Assembly (NCBI GenBank): GCA_048772705.1
Contig: JBLWGC010000200.1
Coordinates: forward strand, 1-35,510
Origin: Leidyana gryllorum EB-2025a
Lineage: Eukaryota > Protista > Apicomplexa
Direction: 5' to 3'
DNA length: 35,510 bases
The position numbers and the translations under genes were made by a program. The notes below the pieces were generated by a model. The model saw nothing but the letters and a program-made list of their open reading frames with translations. It ran no database searches and was not told where the DNA came from. This document shows, one piece after another, positions 19,837 through 30,530 of this stretch (the first letter of the stretch is position 1; every line of letters starts with the position of its first letter).

Positions 19837-19908
19837 GGGCTGTTCTGGAAATCGAACCCAGGACTCCTTCCACCCTAAGGAAGGATCATACCACTAGACC
19901 AAACTGCC
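19837..19908 (-). tRNA. tRNA-Pro(AGG), variant
   Basis: TT-AGG-GT loop, acceptor mismatch. Confidence 0.78.
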
Positions 19909-19992
19909 GCCTATCGGTCGTGCAACCCGCTAGGTACACTCGAGAGAGTGGTCATACTGTGTGAAGTACCACTAAATGCGATGGTGCACAGC

Positions 19993-20038
19993 GGGGGACT
20001 AGCTCAAGTGGTGAAGCGCTCGCTTAGGGTGCGAGAGG
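19993..20038 (+). pseudogene. tRNA-Ala 5' part, broken at inversion breakpoint
   Basis: Homology to Ala stops at GCGAGAGGT and abuts integrase sequence. Confidence 0.8.
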
Positions 20039-21633
20039 TGTTTGGTGCTGAGTAGGACTGTATCCCCAACCTCGAAGTTTCCAACCGACCTCCTTTGGTC
20101 GGCCGCCTGTTTCTGCTGAGTCTGTGCCGCCGTGATGCGGTCTTTGATCTCCTGGAGTCGCTCAAATTGAAGGAGTGGCCTTCCGTTCGTTGTGTTGGGA
20201 GGTGGTGGTACTGCTAGTGTGAGGGGGGTCCGTAGTACTTCTCCCGTTTCGGCTTCGTGGGGTGATATGCCAGTGGAGTGGTTGACGGTAGAGTTGAGTG
20301 CCATTTCTATGACTGGTAAGATGTCGATCCACTGTTCCTCCAGGCCCTGGCATGCTGCTCGGAGTAGCTGTATCATCGACCGATGTGCCCGTTCCACCAT
20401 TCCGTTGGTCTGTGGGTGGAAAGCGGTACTAGGGCGGAGCTTGGTTCCTAAACCGTCGAGCATTCCTTCCCACACCTCGAACAGCCACCGTGAGTCCCGA
20501 TCTGAGATTATGATCAGTGGGCATCCGTGAGGTCGGACCAAATGCTGAATGAGAAGCTTCGCAGTGTCTGCGGCTGATATGTCTTTCGTGCACGGGATCA
20601 ATATGACCCTTCGGGTGAGTCGATCTATGATGGTGAATATACAGTCCATTCCCGACGTCTCGTCCTTTGGGAGCGACAGCAAGTCTATGCTCACCTCTTG
20701 CCATGGGCGGTCGGGTGGGTCAATGGGGTGCAACAGGCCGAGTGGTCGTTGATTGCTGGTTTTGGTCTTTTGACAGATATCGCATTTCGAACAATACTCC
20801 CTGACGTCTGAGCTCAGTCCTGTCCATGTGAAATTGCTGACAACTCGTTTTAGGGTTCGTTCGCTTCCCATGTGCCCGCCTAGGAGTGATGCGTGGGCCT
20901 CCTCCAATATTTTCAACCCTAACTCGCGGGCCGGGGGTACCATCACTCGTCCCTCGTCGTCGTAAATCAGTCCCGCGTGCTTCACCTGTCCTTCCTGGGG
21001 TTCCATATTTGCACTGAGTCGCTTCATCAATAGTAAGAAACTGCTTGCTGAGTCCGGTATTGCTGCATGGCACCGTCGTTCGGGAGGGCGACTGAGAAGG
21101 TCCGCCAGGTGGTTGTCCTGGCCCCTGATGTAATCGATACGCGCTGGATACTGTGAGATTTTGATGAGCGTGCGAATGACCCTGTCTGATACGTTGCGAG
21201 TTCTGGCAAGTGTGGCCAAAGGCTTGCGATCGGTTAACACTTGAAACTCTCTCGTGAGCAAGAAATGCTTCCATCGGTTGACCGCCCGCTCGATCGCCAG
21301 AAGTTCTCTCTCGTGCACAGGCCATGCCTTCTGCGTGGGTGTCAGAGCTTGGCTCATAAATTCCAGAGGGAGCCTCTGGCCGTCTTGAACTTGTTCTAAG
21401 GTTGCGCCAATGACGTGATTCGAAGCATCTGTGGTCACTATGAGGGGTAGTTCCGGGTTCATCAATCCCAGTTTTGTCTCATCGTTGGAGGCTTTTGTCA
21501 GGTCGGCCCACTTCGTCCTCAGCTCCTCGTTCCAGTCCACCCTGTCTGTTGGTTTGGCGGCTTTTGCCGCTGTGTGATGGAACGGTTTGACTTTCTCGGC
21601 GAAGCCGGGTATGAATCGCGCGTAGAAGTTCAT
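19999..21633 (-). pseudogene. pol: E2 RNase H - integrase fragment
   Basis: TDASNH, LADLLSR, H..GHMG..CDIC, HPQTNG; last codons run into tRNA-Ala sequence. Confidence 0.9.
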
Positions 21634-22877
21634 GGCGCATACTTCTGCTTTGAGTCTCTTGACGATGTCTGGAGTGGTAGGTTCCTAAAGTAGGCTACCT
21701 TTGTCTCCATGGGGTAAATGCTGGTGGCTGAAATCCTGTGGCCGGTGAACGTGACTTCCGAGAGGAAAAACGCTGATTTATCCGGATTCGGGAACAGTTT
21801 GTGCTGGTCCAATCGTTCTAGTACTTTCTCCAAATGTATCCGATGGTTCTCTCGAGTGTCGCTGAATATCAGTAGGTCGTCTACGTAGGCGACCACGAAT
21901 TTGCCAATGTACCCGTCCAAAACATCCGTCATAAGTGCTATGAACGCGCATGGGGCGTTCCGAAGGCCGAAAAGCATCACTTTGTACTGATATTTTCCAA
22001 AGGGGGTAACGAATGACGTCAGTGGTCGGCTTCGAGGTTCTATCTGAATTTGGTGGAACCCTTGGCGGAGATCGATTTTGGAGAATACAGTGGCTCCGCG
22101 GAGCACGGAGAGGTTCTGTTCGGTGGTCGCAGTTGGGTAGGCATAGTTCTCAGTCGCCTCGTTCAGATCGTGGAAGTTGATTACCATTCGAAGTTCTTGC
22201 GTGCCCTGCTTGGGCACCAGAAAACAGGGGGCGGACCATGGAGATTTCGATTTTTCTATTTTTCCCGTGGATAGGAGCTCGGATACCTGTCGTCTCAATT
22301 CTGCTTCGTTCCCCCTGTTAGTGTACTGTCGTCTGGCACAGGGGGTGGCTCCCTCCTTGAGATGTATCTGGAAACTGTGGAATCCCCGGTCGGGGGGTAG
22401 GGGTAGGCTATCCCTGAAGAGATGGCCAAACCGTTCCTCGATCCACCCTTCGTCTCTACTTGTGCATTTCACTTTCCGCACGTTGGCGGGATTGGTTTGG
22501 GTGGAGAGTATCAAATTCCGATCCCTGAGCGTCATCCCCTCTGCTATCACTATGTTTCCGGCTCCGTTGGTACCTAATACCAAAGACATTCCATGGATGG
22601 CGGGGAGGCGCAGTATGACCTCATAATGTCTGTTCTGGACAATGGCAAAGTCCATCGGTCCGTACTCATTCGATGGTGTGCGTACCATCGCGGTTGCATC
22701 TCCGGTACATGTTGCCGTACCCATTCCGTGTATCATCTCGTCTTTCGGCTCACGGGTTCTCAGACGCAGTGTCGTCGCTACTTCCGGTGTCATGAGGTTC
22801 AGTTCCGCTCCCGAGTCTACTAGGACGGATACCGTTGTGAATTCTCTCGTGTCCGTGTTGCCGATCTGCCAATGCAC
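21630..22877 (-). pseudogene. pol: E2 protease - reverse transcriptase fragment
   Basis: VDSGA, SPWSAP, IDLRQGFHQI, YVDD. Confidence 0.9.
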
Positions 22878-23004
22878 GGCCGCTGTCCATCCTATCTGGC
22901 GTGCATCATGCGCTCGTAAGGCTCTGAAACATCCGTACCCCCCTCCAGCTGTCGCTGTTGTCTTTGTTCTTGAGCGGGGAGGGGGTGGGTCAAAAATCCC
23001 CGTC

Positions 23005-23668
23005 TTATCCGTCGGATTCCATCGTTGCGGTTTGTTGTGTTTCTGCGGGAAACGCCTTACGCCCCACTTGGTGTGTTCTGCCTCGAGGTTTGTTCATGGT
23101 CCGGCGTTCTGGGCATTGCGTGGACATGTGGCCGTCGGCCCCGCAAATGTAACATAATCGGTTCTTTTCGCAGTGTTCGCGAGAGTGAGGATTCTTCGGT
23201 CCCACTCCTCGTCTTCCAGCTGTGAGACAGCGGGCTCCTGGTGTCTGATCCGTGTTGTCCACGCACATGGTGAGTGCGAGGCTCACTGCCTCGGTCACCG
23301 ATCTGGGCGCGCGTCCCCTGATGGCCAATTGCTCCGCTCGGGGCAGTCTTGACAAGAACAATTCCACCAGCTCGCTCTCGGCTATGCCGCTTATTCCTCT
23401 CCTATGTTGCCTGAACATCATGGCAAATTGGCGGATTCTGCCTGGTTGCGCGTTAAGCATCGCTAGCTTCGTGAGTTGTCCTCGTTTATCCGTTTCGAAC
23501 TCCTGTTGTACGATCTGTCTGAACTGGTCCCATGCCCTGTTTTTGAGGTTTTCGTGGCACGTGTTGGCCCATGCCGAGGCTTCGCCTCGAGCGCTCTACC
23601 ATCTGAGCAAGCCGCCCATCCGCTCTACATGGAAAACCTTCTGCATCCAGTGGCTGACCGAGTGCCGA
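23005..23668 (-). pseudogene. gag: E2 Gag fragment
   Basis: CCHC knuckle in ORF 23005-23460; frame extends upstream through one stop to the junction. Confidence 0.8.
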
Positions 23669-23677
23669 TACAACGGC

Positions 23678-23756
23678 TGACAAGAGTGGGATTCGAACCC
23701 ACGCCTTTCGGACTGCGGCCTGAACACAGCGCCTTAGACCACTCGGCCATCTTGCC
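23678..23756 (-). tRNA. tRNA-Leu(CAG)
   Basis: As 11957-12036, 1-nt deletion in variable arm. Confidence 0.85.
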
Positions 23757-23851
23757 GGAGCGTTCTTGGCTCGCCACTTTACACGTTTTCTGTTCGTGAA
23801 GTCTCGAGAAGGGAGGACTTTTGGGGTTGAAGGCCGGTGTGTTTGTGAGCC

Positions 23852-23923
23852 ACCGAGATAGTATGGTGGTTAGTATATCCGCCTGTCACGCGGAAGACCC
23901 GGGTTCGATTCGCGGTCTCGGAG
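23852..23923 (+). tRNA. tRNA-Asp(GTC), variant
   Basis: CT-GTC-AC loop, several mismatches. Confidence 0.72.
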
Positions 23924-23975
23924 ATAGATCGTCTTCCGCTCTAGATTCCGTGATGCTTGCCTGAACGATGCGTGT

Positions 23976-24045
23976 TACAGCCACCGAGGATTGAACTCGG
24001 GACCTTCTACGTGTTAAGCAGACGTCGTGACCGGTAGATGGCTGC
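23976..24045 (-). pseudogene. tRNA-Val(AAC), degenerate
   Basis: D arm damaged. Confidence 0.65.
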
Positions 24046-24184
24046 ACGGAGCTTCCGGACTGCCGAAGGGGCGTATGTCTCTGGAAACGCGTATCCGATG
24101 AGCCTGGTTCATATGTACGGCCTAAGTTGGACGGCCTGGACTAGTTAAGACCCTTCGCTTTGTATTCAGGAATGGAGATGTCAC

Positions 24185-24255
24185 GCATCTGTGGTTTAGT
24201 TGTAGACTGTGTCGTTGCCACCAAAACGACCCAGGTTCGATTCCCCGCAGATGCA
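24185..24255 (+). pseudogene. tRNA-Gly(GCC), degenerate
   Basis: Homolog of 14315 with many substitutions. Confidence 0.68.
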
Positions 24256-24325
24256 GAGAATTGCTTGAGGCACCATTCTGGGGTTTCAGGAGTGAGTTGT
24301 TGTCTGCTCCTCCAATCAGATCGCA

Positions 24326-24407
24326 CGACAACTGCTGGATTTGAACCAGCGCGGGCCAGGCCCAGTAGATTTCAAGTCTACCCCCTTAACCACTCGGACA
24401 AGGTGCC
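24326..24407 (-). tRNA. tRNA-Ser(TGA)
   Basis: Same body as Ser(AGA/CGA), loop CT-TGA-AA. Confidence 0.8.
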
Positions 24408-24539
24408 AACTGTCGAATTCGACATGCCACGAGGAGTGACCAAATGCCCCCAATTCAGCCTGTCCTGCGGCATTGATAGCCTGTCTCGAAGACAGCACGT
24501 TTCCTTGCTTTGGGTGGAGCTCACTCCACATGTTCGAGC

Positions 24540-24612
24540 TACAGCCACCGAAGATCGAACTCGGGACCTTCTGCGTGTTAAGCAGACGTCGTAACCACTA
24601 GACCATGGCTGC
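24540..24612 (-). tRNA. tRNA-Val(AAC)
   Basis: Near intact. Confidence 0.88.
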
Positions 24613-24675
24613 ACGGAAGGTACCGCAAACCAAGAGGAGTATTGAGACTTCACAAAGTAGTGAGAACTAGTTGCG

Positions 24676-24747
24676 AGATCGCGCCGGGAATCGAACCCAG
24701 AGCGGGAGATTCAGAGTCTCCAGTGCTAACCACTACACCACGCAACC
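24676..24747 (-). tRNA. tRNA-Gln(CTG)
   Basis: GGAGA-CT-CTG-AA-TCTCC arm, GTTCGATTC. Confidence 0.82.
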
Positions 24748-25018
24748 CATCCACTCCTTCACAAAAAAGAGTTGGTAGAGCATCCGGACTAGCCCTCAAC
24801 ATGCAACACGCGTATCTCTACTAACCTCTGAGATATTGTAACTGGCTCTTGTACTTCAGTCGACAGAGCGTGTGGTTGTAAAATACAAACCCGGAGACCC
24901 GGTCTCTGAGGCAACCTTCACACATACTGCGGTGCCCACGTCTATCCAAGGGCTACAGGGCACCTTCAAAGCTCTCAACTCTGTAGTAAAATAGCGCCAA
25001 TTGCAGCACTACAAACTT

Positions 25019-25045
25019 TGGACGACCTGGGCATTGATCCCAGTA
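25019..25045 (-). pseudogene. tRNA-Ala 3' part, broken at inversion breakpoint
   Basis: TACTGGGATCAATGCCCAGGTCGTCCA on minus strand. Confidence 0.8.
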
Positions 25046-25477
25046 GCTCTACGAGGACTTAAGTGCACAAAACTGGGGGCTCGGAGAATCGGACCCTTCA
25101 GAGTGAAAGCAAAAATCGCGGGCGACGTGTATGAGCTTGAATTACCACCGAACCTCAAGATACACAACCGATTTCACATCAGCAAACTCACCAGGTACCA
25201 CGGAACCCCCAGCGCACAGCACGCACCGATCTACATTATGGAATCAGTCATCGGAGAGAGAACAACAGAGAGCGGACTCGAGTGGCTAGTCAAATGGGAC
25301 GGATACAGCAGAGAGCAAGCTACGTGGGAACCATGGACAGTGCCGAACGAAGGAGATGCAACGGATCTTATCCTAGCTTTCAGAGCGGACTACAATGCGC
25401 GACCGGGAACACGAACTCCGTACACCGAAGCCGAACTCCGCGGAGCCGACCTCAATTTTAGGGGGGGAGGAGTGTAA
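25046..25477 (+). pseudogene. pol: E2 integrase C-terminus (GPF motif) and chromodomain
   Basis: KLGARRIGPFRV, FHISKL, WLVKWDGYSREQATWEP. Confidence 0.9.
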
Positions 25478-25665
25478 GGTGAACATCTATCACCGGCAAC
25501 CCGGAGACCGGCCGGCACAACACCCGGAGACGGAGACACCGATAGACACACACGCGTGTTACCTTTTTACTTGCATGACCGATAAACCTATGGAGGACAC
25601 AGGCTTAGAGCTACGTAGCGGAAAGACCCTCACCTCGCCCGGACCAGCCGATCCACCTGGTTACA
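25473..25665 (+). repeat. E2 3' LTR
   Basis: TGTAA..TTACA termini; preceded by PPT AGGGGGGGAGGAG; interrupts E3 integrase. Confidence 0.85.
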
Positions 25666-27816
25666 TCCTGTGTCTAGTTCGAATGGGCTCATCCTCGTGG
25701 AGCTTTGCAGTGCGCTATTATAGGCGAGTTCGACGGTCGCCAGGTGGGAGGTCCATTGGTGTCCGATGCCTTCAAGGGTACATCGCAGTAGTTGCAAGAT
25801 GGACCGATTAGCTCGTTCCACTAGACCATTAGTCTGCGGGTGGTATGCTGTAGTCATGGCCAGTTGGGATCCTAGATTCTTGAACAGACTCCTCCAGACC
25901 TCCGATGTAAATCTGGGATCCCGGTCGCTTACTATCCGTTTCGGTATGCCATGTATTCGGACAATGTTAGCGAGGAATAACTCGGCCGTTTGTTCTGCGG
26001 TGATGGTCTTCAGACAGGGTGTCAGGCGGATCCTTCGGGTCAGACGATCCACCACTACCATGAGATAGTCTTGTAGCGTATCCGGGTCGCGTGGTAGTTC
26101 CAAGAAATCTATCCCGACTTCTTCCCACGGGAAGAGGGGGCTTCGCAGTGGGTTGAGGAGACCTACCGGCCTGTGGTTCCTTCGTTTTGCCCTTTGGCAC
26201 ACGTTGCAAAGGTGACAGAATTGAATAACATCAGCCATTAGCCCCTTCCATCTGAAGACGGCACGTATGCGGCCCGCCGTTTTGTCGGGGCCCAGGTGTC
26301 CCGCCATTCTTGAGTTGTGGTTGTCGGCTTTGATAGAGTGTATCAGTGCCGCATCCGGTGGTACGACAATAGTGCCATCGGGTGCCACCGGGAGGTCTTC
26401 TATCCATTCAATGTTCGGATAGTCGTTGATGTGTTCGCGGTGATTCTTCCACGACTCTCGTAAACCGGTCTTCCAGATGTTGGTCGTGTTCGTTATCGGT
26501 CGTTGTGACAGTAAGGACTTGCGCGGGGCGGGTGTTCGGTTCAGTAGGTCGGCTCAAAAGATCCGCGATCAGGTTGTTAACGCCCGGCATGTATTGAATT
26601 TGTAGATCGAGTTCTGACAGCGAAACCAGCCATCGGAGCTGTCTATCGGAGAGGTGTGCTTGATGTAGCAGAAATGTCAACGGCTTGTGGTCGGTTTGAA
26701 TGACGACTCGTCGGCCCAACAGGAGGTGCCGCCAGTGGCGACATGCGGCGACAATACTCAAGAGTGTCCGCTCGTGTGTCGCATAGTTTCTTTCAGGTGC
26801 GCTCAACGTTCTGGAATAGAACTCGATAGGCCTCTTTCCATGCTCCTCTTGCTGCTCGAGTACCGCTCCCGATAGCGATCGCGCTAGCATCAGTGGTCAC
26901 CCACAGTTCGGTGCATTGTGGGCCAGGAAACGCTAAGGTGGTGGCGTTAATAAGTGCGTTCTTGAGCTGAGTGACCGCGGTGTCGATGTTCGGATCCGGG
27001 GGTAATATAGCGCGTGGTCCTTTGAGTCCATGAGTAGCCTCATGGATTGGTTTGGCGATCTGGGCAAAGTCCGGGATGAATCTTCGGTAGTAATTGAATG
27101 ATCCTAAGACACTCTGTGCTTCCTGTAAGGTTTTTGGTGGGTGTATGCCCTGGAGAGCGGATACTCTGTGTGGTAGAGGAGTGATACCCTCCGGGTTGAT
27201 TCTGTGGCCGATGTAATCCACTTGAGTGTGAAAAAATGAGATTTCGGCGGTGTGCAATAAGTTGGTGTCTGCGCAATCGCTCTAAGACTTCCTTCAGGTG
27301 GGTTCTATGCTCGGCTCTTGATGCAGAGAATACTAACAGTCACCCAGATATACGAAAACTGAGATCCCGATAAGGTCACGGAAGACCATGTGCATGAGTT
27401 GCATGAATGTTGCTGGGGCATTCATGAGTCCGTTGGGCATGACCACCCATTCGAATAAGCCCCATGGCGTTGCAAATGCGGTCAGTGATCTGCTCTCCGG
27501 GGCCATTAAGACTTGGTGGTACCCGCTCTTTAGGTCTAACGTTGTAAAATACTGGGCTCCGGACAGAACTTGTAGGGCCTCTTCTATGGATGGCATCGGC
27601 GAAGCCACTCGGATTGTAGCGGCATTCAATTGCCTATAGTCACAAACTAGGCGCGGGACGGAGGTGTCCTTCTTAGGGACAAAAAGGCATGGAGCGGACC
27701 ACGAGGATGTGCTGGCTCGGATCTTTCCCGAACGTTCCAATTCGAGGATCTGTTTGCGCATTTCCTGAAGGTATCTTTGGGGTATACGATAGGGTCCCCT
27801 GACGAATGGCAGCCCA

Positions 27817-28098
27817 TGTTAGAGATGTAGGGGACGAGGGAGCACGCAGAATACCATTACTAGAACAAAATCCCCTGTTACCCTGCGATGCTTCCCATAC
27901 CATCGGCGGTAGGCTCCTACGCAACTCGCAGAAGGACAGACGTTGATGTTTGTCAGGCCTTAGGCCCACCTTTTCCCAGTGTTGCATGAAGACAGTAGAC
28001 AGAACACAGAGGGCACGAACAGACAACAATGCCATCGAAACGTACCGCCATTAAGCCTCCAGCCGCCGGCCACGGGCCTGCAGCCGACCCGGCTGACA
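27817..28098 (+). mobile_element. Solo LTR inserted in E3 pol
   Basis: TGTTAG..CTGACA; GCCCA TSD both sides; removing it restores DPNG-LPFVRGPYRIP. Confidence 0.88.
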
Positions 28099-29734
28099 GC
28101 CCATTAGGATCCTTCAGGTGAATCTTGTGGTCCACTCCTGCGCTGATAGGAGGCATTGGTAAGTGCTCTTGGAAGACGTCCGGGTATTCTAGTTCGATCC
28201 ATTGTTCCTCCGTTGGCGCATCTAACTGGTCCACTTGTATTGCATTCAAAATTGCCTTCTCCCCTCCCCTTTCTTTGGTCCATACGGTTGTTTCGTCGTG
28301 AGTAAGGAGATTCGAGCCTTCCGTCAGGCTGAGTTGTCCATGTTTATTGGGGCCGAGCAGAAGTCTGAGTTCGAGGATGGTCGTCGTGGACACGATGAGG
28401 TCGTATTGGCAGTCCGGCGTTATCAGGCACCCGAGCGTGAGTTGTTGTCCCCTCTTAGTGCGGAGAGTCAATTCCGTTTGGTGGAATACCCTGTGTCCTG
28501 GTGAGCGTAGCGATGCGGATGTGACACGGTGTTGTCACTAGATGAAGTCGACGTACAACATGTTCGGAGACGCAGTTCGTGTTGCTGCCAGTGTCTAATA
28601 GTACCTGTGCAGTCATTTCGAGGTCGGTTCGTGGGTTGCGGAGAATCCACGTCACACTCAGTGGGGGAATCGGGCCTACTGCTCGTCGGCCTGGTCTGCC
28701 GGCTCCGTTGCAGCCAGGTAGGTCAGAAAATCCTTGTCATCTTCCGCCACGGTATTGAAGGTTTGGGGTCGGGCCGTTCGACGAATTCCTTCCTTCGGAT
28801 GCGGACACGAAGCATTCTTATGGTCCGTGCTCCCACAGTTGTAACAACGTCCTTCCCGTGTACACTGGTCGTGAGTGTACTGGCATCGGCGTCCTACCGT
28901 GCGTTGTCGGTTGTCCGGTGCAAATTTCCCAGTGGTAAGGTGTACTCGAGCCGTCACTGATGGTTTAGCCTCGTCCTGGTCCACGGTCATCGCGTAGAGC
29001 ATCGCCGCTCTACATAAACCGTCGAATCCCTGATCCAGACTAGAAGCCAAAGCAACCCTCTCCGTTCTCTGGAGTCCGCGCAAAAAGAAATTTCCAGCGG
29101 ATCTATCGTTCATCCGGTCCCCACATCGACGACGTAAGACTCGGCATCGGGTGATGTACTCGGCCATCGATCCCGTCTTTCGTAGATCTGCCCATCTGGT
29201 GAGATCATCCTCCGCACCACTCTGCGTGTCGAACTCTTGCAGGAAGAGGTCTCGAAAATCTTTCCAGCTGACTAGGTCCTTATTTCGAGAGACTCGTGAG
29301 TACCACTGCCGTCCACCACAGTTCCCATGGCTCGTATCCGATCGGTGCCGTCCTGAACTCCATACGCTTGGAACTTGGCTTCGCAACCTTCTAGCCAATC
29401 TCTTGCCGCTGATTCGCCCTCGCCCTTGAAGTCGTGTTGCTTCTTCAGCGCCGCCTGTGCTGTCTTGCTAGGACCTGTATGTCCGTCGTTTCTCGTTCTA
29501 ACCCCTTTCTCCTCGTTGGTCGTTCTGCTGATGGCGAGGTGGGTCAATTGGAGGGAAGCCTCTTGTATTTGAGCGATGAGGGCTTGAGCGGCCAATATGG
29601 CAGCATTGAGTTCTTGCACTCCCGTCGTTGGTGGATCGCTCGTGGGTCTTTTGGTTTCTTCCTCCGGGTTCACGTCATGCGCCGTTGAGCTCGGGAGTGC
29701 GTCGTTGGGTATGTGCCCGTCCGTAGCACCACCC

Positions 29735-29752
29735 AACGACGCACTGCTACCA
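29735..29752 (-). promoter_or_regulatory. E3 primer-binding site, initiator tRNA-Met
   Basis: TGGTAGCAGTGCGTCGTT is the exact complement of the iMet 3' end (15007-15078) plus CCA. Confidence 0.92.
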
Positions 29753-29753
29753 A

Positions 29754-30099
29754 TATAGCCCCGACCGGGGCCACCTGCGGCCAGTAACACCTCCCGTCCG
29801 TTACGTAAGATCATTGCTGCGGTGGAGGTAAGTTCGGGAGTCGGATCGGTCATTCGAAGGTCGGTTGTTCAAAAAGGTAAGTTCAAGCACACGCGCGTGT
29901 CCGTGTCTCCGAGTGCCGGCCGGCCGGCCGGCCTCCGGAGACACAGACACCCCGAAGGTGGACTAACCGAGGTTAGGCACCGTCATTTGTCCGCCTGAGG
30001 CGTAGTAGCTCTCCCCCCCGTCGGGTGACCCATTGTCGGATCGAGAAGTGTAGGTCGGTCCAGCAGTGGGGGAAGCTCGGGTAACACTCCAGTGTTACA
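29754..30099 (-). repeat. E3 5' LTR
   Basis: Starts TGTAAC at the satellite border, ends GGCTATA (TA instead of CA) 1 nt before the PBS. Confidence 0.72.
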
Positions 30100-30530
30100 T
30101 GCCACATGTTTCACACCTGTTTGACACTCGTTTGTGATATGTTTGCGATATGTTTGCGACATCTTTGACACATGTTTGCCACTTGTTTGCTACATGTTTG
30201 CCACATGTTTCACACTTGTTAGTTACTTGTTTCCGACATCTTTGACACTTGTTTGCTACTTGTTCTCCACGTGTTACACACATGTTTCTCACTTGTTTAA
30301 CACATGTTTGCCACATGCTTGACACTTGTTTGATACATGTTTGACACTTGTTTGTGAGTTGTTTCACACTTGTTTGCGAGTTGTTTGCAACATGTTTGAG
30401 ACTTGTTGCGAACTTGTTTGACCCTTGCTTCGCGACATGTTTGACACTTGTTTGCAACATGTTCCAGCCTTGTTTGACACTGGTTTCCGAGTTGTTTGAC
30501 ACTTGTTTCACACTTCTTTGCTACTTGATA
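30100..30530. repeat. 11-bp degenerate minisatellite (consensus ~ACACTTGTTTG)
   Basis: Periodic ACACTTGTTTG / ACATGTTTG variants. Confidence 0.92.

Larger units (their letters stand above)
20039..23668 (-). mobile_element. Chromovirus-type Ty3/gypsy element E2, body (5' truncated, frameshifted)
   Basis: Gag CYICGADGHMSTQC; PR LVDSGA; RT YVDD; RH TDAS; IN HHCC and SDRD; no 5' LTR or PBS present. Confidence 0.93.
25666..30099 (-). mobile_element. Decayed Ty3/gypsy element E3 (3' end missing)
   Basis: 5' LTR, iMet PBS, Gag CYNCGSTDHKNASC, PR LLDTGS, RT (YLGD, catalytic D lost), RH, IN SDRD; many frameshifts. Confidence 0.92.

Noticed and set aside
90-20038. tRNA-derived SINEs or a prokaryotic/phage tRNA array
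   Set aside because: No poly-A tails or TSDs and flanks are co-duplicated; anticodons and initiator are eukaryotic, with mixed strands and no CCA
24326-24407. Selenocysteine tRNA (TTCAA visible on plus)
   Set aside because: The gene is on minus, the anticodon is TGA and the body is ordinary Ser
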